This document shows, piece after piece, positions 8,237 to 15,509 of a DNA stretch of 64,000 bases. The position numbers and the translations under genes are program-made. How positions within the stretch are numbered: position 1 is the first letter of the stretch; the number at the start of each line of letters is the position of its first letter. Origin of the DNA: a virus (Duplodnaviria > Caudoviricetes); the IMG/VR virus record IMGVR_UViG_3300009031_000221, positions 1 through 64,000 of that record; one strand, given 5' to 3'. Under the pieces are notes generated by a model. The model did not search any database and had not been told where the DNA came from. It was given only the letters and a program-made list of their open reading frames with translations.

Positions 8237-9547
8237 CTACCAACCGAATACGTCATCGCAACTAGATTCTGTTTGTTCTACCACGGGCGGGACATATTCA
8301 GACTCGATGGTGAGGCTGTCCCATTTGTCACCCTTCATAATTTGCTCCTTCCAATGGTGAAGGCGGGCATCAATGATGGCAAGGTAATCGGATTCCCGTT
8401 CAATGCCGATGAAGTCATGTCCAGTACGGATACAAGCAACACCTGTCGTCCCGCTCCCTGTAAATGGGTCAAGGATTGCCCCCTCATCAGTCGGAATGCC
8501 TAATAGCAATCTCTCCATAAGATCAATGGGTTTCACGGTCGGGTGAAAATTGTGAACCTCCCCAGCCGTCCTACCGGCACCGGCACGAGGGTTGTTCAAC
8601 CCGGCGGTATCCTCTTCCCGGTTTACTGCTTCAGCCCCAGTCTTGGCAGGAAGATCCCTACATCCGGCTTCCCGTTCAGACCTAGATGCCTTGGGGACAT
8701 AGTGCATCCCGCTAGCTTCCTTGGCCCATAGAATGGAATCTCGAATCTCGAACCCCGCATCCTCGATACGACATGCCCCCGTGTGCCCCGTAGGTTCTTC
8801 ATCAGGGGCAATGAGTAGGAGGTGTGCCCCAGGACGTAGAATGCGTAGCAACTCAGCGGATTCATCATCCGTGGGTTGCCCACGGAGAAGCAAACCCGTC
8901 AAGGTATTGTCTGGAGTATTGGTATCGAGATTACCGTCAAGCCCATCCCAAAATACCGCCGGCGGATGTGGGGATGGCGGCGAAATCATCGTCACCAAGT
9001 AGTCAATGAGATCCTGAGGCACTGGTTTCATGTCATCCTCTGTATGCTGGACTTGCTTGAAGAATCGGCTCGATTCACTTTGTTCATCGAGCCCTGCTAC
9101 AGGGCATCCTTGTTTGCATTCCCAAGCATCTAACGTTTCCAACCCGTCCGATTCAGCGTACCCCTTTATCGAGGGCTGCACTCTACCAATCGTTTGATGC
9201 CCGCCGACTTCAGAATGTATCCCTGAACGTCGAATTGGACCGGAGCCATTTACCGATGTAGGTTTTACCCGTTTACTCCCGACCTTCCTGCACCCGTCAA
9301 GGTGCCGGAGGATCAGGTTTGCGGGCCAACGCCCTTCCGTCGAAAAAATAGCCCCAGTGCCTTTTTCATATGAACATCCACCCTCTGTGATGCCCCATTT
9401 CACCGTGCGGTTTCCCGCTGTCGCTTGTTTGACCGTTCCCGTACCAATTCGAGAAGCATCTACATTAATACTCCCCGTACCCCATTTGAGAGCATTAGCA
9501 GCAACCGTCATATTCAAAGGTTTGCGGGCAAGGGATATAACTTGCAC
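8237..9547 (-). CDS. Module M6 fused to a degenerate methyltransferase domain and the C-terminal SAM-binding (motif I) half
   Basis: ARKPL...GRWPAN...SRFFK, then ELLRILRPGAHLLL...EDAGFEIRDSILW without DPPY, then YVPKASRSERE...HPTVKPIDLMERLL...ILDPFTGSGTTGVA...FIGIERE. Confidence 0.9.
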   Translation of the reverse strand: MQVISLARKPLNMTVAANALKWGTGSINVDASRIGTGTVKQATAGNRTVKWGITEGGCSYEKGTGAIFSTEGRWPANLILRHLDGCRKVGSKRVKPTSVNGSGPIRRSGIHSEVGGHQTIGRVQPSIKGYAESDGLETLDAWECKQGCPVAGLDEQSESSRFFKQVQHTEDDMKPVPQDLIDYLVTMISPPSPHPPAVFWDGLDGNLDTNTPDNTLTGLLLRGQPTDDESAELLRILRPGAHLLLIAPDEEPTGHTGACRIEDAGFEIRDSILWAKEASGMHYVPKASRSEREAGCRDLPAKTGAEAVNREEDTAGLNNPRAGAGRTAGEVHNFHPTVKPIDLMERLLLGIPTDEGAILDPFTGSGTTGVACIRTGHDFIGIERESDYLAIIDARLHHWKEQIMKGDKWDSLTIESEYVPPVVEQTESSCDDVFGW

Positions 9548-9550
9548 GGG

Positions 9551-10111
9551 TTAGCCCTTTTCGATCAGTTCGATTAACTCCGCCTTCTTCAAGGTCGAAT
9601 AGCCCTTCCGTCCCATAGCCTTTGCCGTGTCCTTCAACTCTGTCAAGGACTGATCCGCCAAGGGTTTCAAGGCAGGAAATCCCCTTGCCGTTTGAATCTC
9701 GGCGCCTGAGTAATCCGTAGCAACAAAGTTCTTGGAATCCAATACAACTTGTTCCTGAGGGATTCCCCGAAGTGCACCGGGAAGATGTGAAGGGGCTGCG
9801 CCAGTCCGGTAATTGAAAGCCTTGGGCATTTCACTTGACATGAACTGGTTTTCCAGCATCACTTCCCCTAATGACTTAGGAGTAACGGCAGTATTGAGCG
9901 TCTCCGTTGAGAATCGCCCCGTTTCAGTACGCCCGGTCTTCATATCCAGGATAGAAACGGCAGTGTAATCATACCCATGTGCCTGATCGATACCCATGAA
10001 ATACTCCTTTGGAGCGGGAAGCCCCAACAACCGTGCGGCTTCCACCCGCTGATCCCAGGAGTAATTACGGTCAGATTCCTGAACTATTTTCTTTGCAATA
10101 CGACGGTTCAT
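9551..10111 (-). CDS. Hypothetical protein with C-terminal Rho N-terminal-like helical domain
   Basis: C-terminus LADQSLTELKDTAKAMGRKGYSTLKKAELIELIEK; ATGA overlap with the helicase gene. Confidence 0.7.
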   Translation of the reverse strand: MNRRIAKKIVQESDRNYSWDQRVEAARLLGLPAPKEYFMGIDQAHGYDYTAVSILDMKTGRTETGRFSTETLNTAVTPKSLGEVMLENQFMSSEMPKAFNYRTGAAPSHLPGALRGIPQEQVVLDSKNFVATDYSGAEIQTARGFPALKPLADQSLTELKDTAKAMGRKGYSTLKKAELIELIEKG

Positions 10112-11700
10112 CCGATCTCCTTCATGAACGATTCATCAATGGCATCCCCTTGTGCCTTGTTTTGTTCCGACGAAAGTACGATGTCATCACACGTCAAAAT
10201 CCGTCGCGTTGACCATTCTACCCGTGCGAGGAATGTTTCAAATGGCTTCTGGTCACGAGACTTCAGGTTCTGGATTTGGAACCTGTTGGCAGCCGCCAAC
10301 TCGTTATCCAACCATGCCGCAGTCACAATGTCCGCCGAACGTTCACATTCATTTGCGTAGCTCAAGTGGACAAGTTCGTACCTGGCGGATCCCGTTTTCT
10401 CCTTGACTTTCAATGCGGATTTGAACCCTTCACGGCTCAACTGGAACAATGCCACTACCGCAATACCCTGACCACGGTTGAAGCTCATCGCCAACCGCTT
10501 CAGGTCACGGATAACCTCATTCAACCGGTCAGTTGTCGAGTTCACCCACTTACGGGGCGCCATCAATCCCGCGTGGTCAACGAATACCATGCGGAACGGA
10601 GACTTGGAATAGATCAATTCCGCACGCTGCCGCAAATCCGCCACCGTGAAGTCTGACTTGTCCGGGTCGGCAACCTCAATGTGAATCTTGCCGTAGTTCT
10701 TCGGATCGAACCATGCCTCGCCCGTATTAGGGTCGATGCCGTCCACAACCGTAACCCCATTGAAGTCCGGGATTACATAGTCATACAAGAACTGCTTGGC
10801 ATTGGCATGATAATCCGCAAGCGTTCCATCCCGAATGTACTGATACGGAATACCAACAGTTGCGGTCGTGTCTTTCTGGAGGCCCAACCCGCAACGAATC
10901 TTACGGAACTTCTCATGCGCCGAATGCAGGGAATACAGCATACGCCGGCATTGCTGATAAGGCATTTCCAGGCTGAAGATCAGGCTGGAGTGCCGATACC
11001 AAACCGCTTGGTTGTATGCCCAGTTGAGCATCAACGTGGACTTCATGTGTCCCGTGAATGCCGCATGAACCCAAAGCTCAAACTTCTTCGCACCGTTCAA
11101 AGCGGTGTCCATCTGATTCAAACCGCAGTGCTGTCCAATACCGGCAAGAGGATCGGATTCCACCCGTTCGTATTCCCGCTTGAAGTCCCCACCGTCCCGG
11201 GTCACTTCACCTGAAAGCCTTGCTCCCAATGTAGGGGCCACGATGGCATGTGACTTGTCAAGGATGTGCTTGACCGCATCGAACGGCCCCTTGAGTACGG
11301 TTTCCTCCCGTCCATGGCGAACGGTAATGCCCGTCTGAACGATTGTCGCCGCTTCCTTGAGGAGTTCTGTCACTGCCCTCGTGCGACGATCCTGGGCCTT
11401 GTCCTCGAGGCGCGTAACGAAGTCTCCGCCCGTGACTGCAGGCATGACCGTAATTACGTCAAGACGCCCGATGACCTGATCCTCCCCTCGCATGAGGAAG
11501 TGTGTCCGTAGCGTATTCGCCTCGGGGATGTGTCCGTGTGCCTGCACAAAGGTCTTGATGAAGTTCCAAATAGGAATGTCCTCATCCGCATCGAACTCCA
11601 ATCCCGCATCATAGAGGTTGAAGTAATTACGAAGCAGGAGTTCCTTGTCCTTCGCATCATTGGCATTGGCAATAAACGTTGACCGTAACAGAGTTTTCAT
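10108..11700 (-). CDS. dnaB: DnaB-like replicative helicase with atypical Walker A
   Basis: GLNQMD..LNG, AAFTGHMKST, IFSLEMP, VFVDHAGLM, LKRLA, FQLSRE, ERSADIV, NLKSRD. Likely start ATG 11700 (ATGA overlap) rather than GTG 11712. Confidence 0.88.
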   Translation of the reverse strand: MKTLLRSTFIANANDAKDKELLLRNYFNLYDAGLEFDADEDIPIWNFIKTFVQAHGHIPEANTLRTHFLMRGEDQVIGRLDVITVMPAVTGGDFVTRLEDKAQDRRTRAVTELLKEAATIVQTGITVRHGREETVLKGPFDAVKHILDKSHAIVAPTLGARLSGEVTRDGGDFKREYERVESDPLAGIGQHCGLNQMDTALNGAKKFELWVHAAFTGHMKSTLMLNWAYNQAVWYRHSSLIFSLEMPYQQCRRMLYSLHSAHEKFRKIRCGLGLQKDTTATVGIPYQYIRDGTLADYHANAKQFLYDYVIPDFNGVTVVDGIDPNTGEAWFDPKNYGKIHIEVADPDKSDFTVADLRQRAELIYSKSPFRMVFVDHAGLMAPRKWVNSTTDRLNEVIRDLKRLAMSFNRGQGIAVVALFQLSREGFKSALKVKEKTGSARYELVHLSYANECERSADIVTAAWLDNELAAANRFQIQNLKSRDQKPFETFLARVEWSTRRILTCDDIVLSSEQNKAQGDAIDESFMKEIG

Positions 11701-12665
11701 GAACGCCCCCACTGCTTCTTCTTCTTGGATTCCGTTGGGATACTTTCAAATTCTGACCGCATTGTCGTATGCGTCCGAACTTGCTGGGTCTCTTCCTGTT
11801 CCTCCTCTTCCAATTCTTCAATTACGGGGGCAGGAGCACTCACAGGCACCTTCACCTGAGGTCGCATAGGAGCCTTCACCGGTTGTTCTACATTTCCAAC
11901 TTCGTCAATAGCTTCCGCTTCCGCCGTAGACAATGACATCCGATGGATCCCGGTTGCCGGGAGAATCATTCGGGGCTGTGCCTTCTTATCGGTGAGATTG
12001 ACATGGGGCCAAGTCCTCAGGAAATTACCCACATGCCCGTCATAGGAAATATGACCACTTGCCAATCGTGCATCGGGATTGTCAATAATCCATGTGGGCT
12101 TATTGATATGGTTCCGGTGAAGAAGCGCTTCCAACAGGACTTCAGGCATTGCGGAGTTGCGTGCCGCCTTTACCCCCGTGATGAGAATCAAGAGTTCGGG
12201 CGGTTCTACAAGGTCTACCAATGCCCCGTATTTGGACGTGACCGGTGCCTGCCTCATATTATGTACGTCACCATCATAGACATCATCGTCATCTACTCGG
12301 GCCAACCAGGAATCCATCAAGTCGGCATCCGAAACCACATTGAAATTCCAACGAGGTCCCATACGAATGGCGATGTGCCGAAGATGCGACCGGAATTGAC
12401 TGGTCGGCATAGTAATCCACAGGTTCTTCCCGTGTTGTCCCATCAATCGGGTGCTCTCAATCTTGGGTGCCTGGGTGAGTCCCCGCCACCCGCGTTCTAC
12501 ATTGGCCAGAATGTCCCGTGCAAGCACGCACATGCAGGGTTGTGTTCGTTCCCCCACATAGATTGCGGACTTGACCTTGGACGGGACAACCCCACGCCCC
12601 AAGCAATCCTTGCAATCGGGATTGCCATCCCCATCAGGATAGTCTTTCAGTATGGTTTCAACCAT
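11697..12665 (-). CDS. DnaC/IstB-like helicase loader, apparently ATPase-degenerate
   Basis: N-terminal CxxC...CxC zinc knuckle; PELLIL and LLEALLHRNHINKPTWIIDN resemble the IstB/DnaC core; no GxxxxGK(S/T); adjacent to dnaB. Confidence 0.6.
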   Translation of the reverse strand: MVETILKDYPDGDGNPDCKDCLGRGVVPSKVKSAIYVGERTQPCMCVLARDILANVERGWRGLTQAPKIESTRLMGQHGKNLWITMPTSQFRSHLRHIAIRMGPRWNFNVVSDADLMDSWLARVDDDDVYDGDVHNMRQAPVTSKYGALVDLVEPPELLILITGVKAARNSAMPEVLLEALLHRNHINKPTWIIDNPDARLASGHISYDGHVGNFLRTWPHVNLTDKKAQPRMILPATGIHRMSLSTAEAEAIDEVGNVEQPVKAPMRPQVKVPVSAPAPVIEELEEEEQEETQQVRTHTTMRSEFESIPTESKKKKQWGRS

Positions 12666-14309
12666 TTACAATACTCCTTTCAAGTCCCTAGCATCCTGTT
12701 GCATAGATGCGAACAGGTTGGACAGATCGTTTTCTACGCTAATCACAGTCTGTTCCCCATCTCCCTTGATTCGTTTCCCTAGCACGGCTTCTACCAATTC
12801 CATCTTCTTGTTCAGAACCTCCATGACCCGGTGGTCAATCGTTTCCCCGTGCTTCCCCCGGCCTTTACGCCCTACCATGTGATGGACGTAGCATTTGTCA
12901 TGCAGTGACCCGATACGAATCATGCGCCCTACTAGCTGGATGAATTCGCCGGCAGACCATGGGGTGTCAATGCATATAAGTGCCTTGGCTGCCTGGAGAT
13001 TAATAGCCTCAGATCCAGCCGTGGTAATGCAAATAACCCGTACATCGGAATTGGCATCCTGGAAGGCATTCATGTTGGCACGGCGCTGATCAATGTTCTC
13101 TTTGCCCGTGATACGAACTGCTTTGATCCCTTCCTTCTTCAGACGTGCCATCACAAGGGCAATCATCTTCTCGAAGCGGCTGAATACAATAACCTTCTCA
13201 TCCTCCAAGTCGCCCTCAGTCAATGTATCAACAAGGGCGTCAAGTTTAGGGGATTCCCCGTCACATTCAATGAGTTCAAGGTGGTTGACAATTTCCTGGC
13301 AGTAGGAAATTGCAGACAACTTGGTGACTTCCTTCTCAACGGCACCTTCCCCACGTCCCATTCCGAGCAACCCTTCAAGGGCTGCATCGTATTTCTCGAT
13401 TTGCAGGTCGTTCAACTCAACCTCAATGACCTTGCACGTCAGGGACGGCAATTCGCTAGCGACCTCATGCTTGGGTCGCCCAATGAAATACGGATCAATT
13501 TCGTCACGGAATTCGGCAATCTTATGAGGGGCATAACCCGTAACTACGGTAACAAAGCGATTGCCCCCAATCGACTGCTGCTTGGTTTGTGCATAATACA
13601 TCATGAACGAATTATATGACATCGGAAAAAGACTCGGAAGCACAACGCTATAGATTCCGTAGCCTTCCATGAGGTGATTCTTGATCAATGTGGCAGTCAA
13701 CCCCCATACTCGGTCGGCTTGGTCGCTCAAGTGGCGGCAAACCTTGTAGACTTGCGTCTTGGGGTTCTTGAACGCGGTGCATTCATCGGCGATGAATATG
13801 AAGTCCTTCCATTTCTGCATTTGCGTGAAATCCTGAACGGCGGTTCTATAGCCCATGACCATAACCGTAGGGCCTTTAGCATCCTGGAATTTCTTTCGGA
13901 TTTGCTTGCGCTGATCAGGCGTTCCGGAGCAAATCATAACGGACACGCCGGTTGTGAACTTGCTAAACTCGTCTACCCACTGCCTAGTAGCGGACTTTGT
14001 GGTCATGACGATAGCTTTACGGTCGGTGTCCTTCTCCCAGATATAGCATAACGCCGCGATACTCTGGATCGTTTTACCCAACCCCGTATCATCCCCAAGC
14101 ACGAACCGCTTCATGATAATCAGGTGCATAATCCCTTGCACCTGATAGTAACGAAGCTCCAGGTCGCGTTCCCGTCCCGCCAAATCCATGAATTTCGGCT
14201 TGAGATGCCTGGTAGGTCGGATTTTCAGATTGTTTTTGGACCGAAGAACCTTGAGTTTCGCGAGGTCTTCCTCAGCCTTAATCTTGGCGGGATCTTTATC
14301 ATCTTTCAT
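12666..14309 (-). CDS. SNF2-family (SF2) helicase/ATPase
   Basis: LGDDTGLGKT, FIADEC, GLTATLIKN, SPKLDAL, KVIVFS, SEAINLQAA, PWS...QLVGRMIRIG. Confidence 0.93.
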   Translation of the reverse strand: MKDDKDPAKIKAEEDLAKLKVLRSKNNLKIRPTRHLKPKFMDLAGRERDLELRYYQVQGIMHLIIMKRFVLGDDTGLGKTIQSIAALCYIWEKDTDRKAIVMTTKSATRQWVDEFSKFTTGVSVMICSGTPDQRKQIRKKFQDAKGPTVMVMGYRTAVQDFTQMQKWKDFIFIADECTAFKNPKTQVYKVCRHLSDQADRVWGLTATLIKNHLMEGYGIYSVVLPSLFPMSYNSFMMYYAQTKQQSIGGNRFVTVVTGYAPHKIAEFRDEIDPYFIGRPKHEVASELPSLTCKVIEVELNDLQIEKYDAALEGLLGMGRGEGAVEKEVTKLSAISYCQEIVNHLELIECDGESPKLDALVDTLTEGDLEDEKVIVFSRFEKMIALVMARLKKEGIKAVRITGKENIDQRRANMNAFQDANSDVRVICITTAGSEAINLQAAKALICIDTPWSAGEFIQLVGRMIRIGSLHDKCYVHHMVGRKGRGKHGETIDHRVMEVLNKKMELVEAVLGKRIKGDGEQTVISVENDLSNLFASMQQDARDLKGVL

Positions 14310-14364
14310 GGTGCCTCCAATCTACGATCCTACCCCGATCGCAATTGGTATGAGGCCCCCTAAT

Positions 14365-14964
14365 CTAGAATTTGACGAAATTCACCAAGCGTGTCACAAC
14401 CCCAGAACGTGTAAACATCCCAGGCGTTTGCCGGAGTTGTCTTTCAAAAGCAATCCGCAAATAGATATTGCCCATGTCCTTGGGAACCTCGGGATGGAGC
14501 CTCCGAAAGGCACTCTCATGCTTGTCCAATATCATGACATAATCCTTCATGAGGGTGACCCGCATGGTGTTATCGCACCAATCCGCCATGTCCTTCAGAA
14601 TCTTGTCAACATTGTCCTCAATAGCCGCCGGCGGTACCTTGAGCCCGTTATCGTAATTGGGCATCCCACCGCCGTACCCTAGTATCAATCGCCCAAGGGA
14701 TAATGCGTCGATTTTGTCCGGAGGCATTGTAGGCCAATTGCTTTGGTCTTCCGCAAATACGAAGAACACGTACTGAAGGTACTCCATGAATTCTGCTTTG
14801 TATGTGATCATGGAGAGTTGACGCACTATCGCTTTACCTTGCCGTTCCGAAATATCCAAGAAGTCATCCGACACATGCTTGAATATTGCGAAGTCCGGAG
14901 GTTCAGGGGATCCTGCGGGACGCCCATACATCAACTCGTACATCTTTGCGGGATTGTATGCCAT
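14365..14964 (-). CDS. Hypothetical protein
   Basis: About 200-aa ORF; likely start ATG 14964 with GGAGA upstream. Confidence 0.7.
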   Translation of the reverse strand: MAYNPAKMYELMYGRPAGSPEPPDFAIFKHVSDDFLDISERQGKAIVRQLSMITYKAEFMEYLQYVFFVFAEDQSNWPTMPPDKIDALSLGRLILGYGGGMPNYDNGLKVPPAAIEDNVDKILKDMADWCDNTMRVTLMKDYVMILDKHESAFRRLHPEVPKDMGNIYLRIAFERQLRQTPGMFTRSGVVTRLVNFVKF

Positions 14965-15003
14965 CCATAATCTCCAATACACCTATACGGGTTCCATCAT
15001 AGC

Positions 15004-15381
15004 CTATTTACCCATATGGACAACCCACACCTTCTTATGCTTGGCCTTTGCCCGCTGAACTACTTCAGACGTAGGATACTTGGTTTCCGAGAACACCAAC
15101 AGCACATCAATGTCATCCAAAGGATCCCATGCGTCCATCCCCAGATTAGACCACCACATCCTGGCCCTACCCCACCAACCCTTCGGCTTCACTGGAGGTT
15201 TGGAATAATCCCCCATCTGAACATTGCATTTATTCAGCTGATGCATCATCTGGCGTTCCGCCAAGGATTTCCAATGGCTAATGACCACTACATCAGGATG
15301 TTTTCGAGCTAGGTTCCGGGCTGCTATACGAAGCAGTAACCAGTTATGCGTATTCGGCGGGATGATTAACGCAAGGCGCAT
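15004..15381 (-). CDS. Hypothetical protein (weak resemblance to SLOG/YspA-like fold)
   Basis: GAGGAGG ribosome-binding site; C-terminus DVLLVFSE...TSEVVQRAKAKHKKVWVV. Confidence 0.6.
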   Translation of the reverse strand: MRLALIIPPNTHNWLLLRIAARNLARKHPDVVVISHWKSLAERQMMHQLNKCNVQMGDYSKPPVKPKGWWGRARMWWSNLGMDAWDPLDDIDVLLVFSETKYPTSEVVQRAKAKHKKVWVVHMGK

Positions 15382-15509
15382 GGTGGCCTCCTCTATCTTA
15401 CATGTGGACTCCTCGGGTATCTCACAGGGTACCTACCCTACATAGGTTCCGGCCGATAAGGCTTCTATGGACTAACCCGTGTAGGTCGAGATTATTGATG
15501 AGGCATGGA

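Noticed and set aside
4141-9547. Methyltransferase modules as a shufflon, DGR or silent-cassette (DNA rearrangement) system
   Set aside because: All modules are co-oriented, their conserved blocks differ at many synonymous positions with no shared exact crossover site, and no recombinase or reverse transcriptase is in the window. Occasional homologous recombination is not excluded.
15402-15509. 5' part of the 1548-aa ORF in the track
   Set aside because: It lies in the divergent intergenic region and lacks an RBS; ATG 15510 has GAGG at a suitable spacing.
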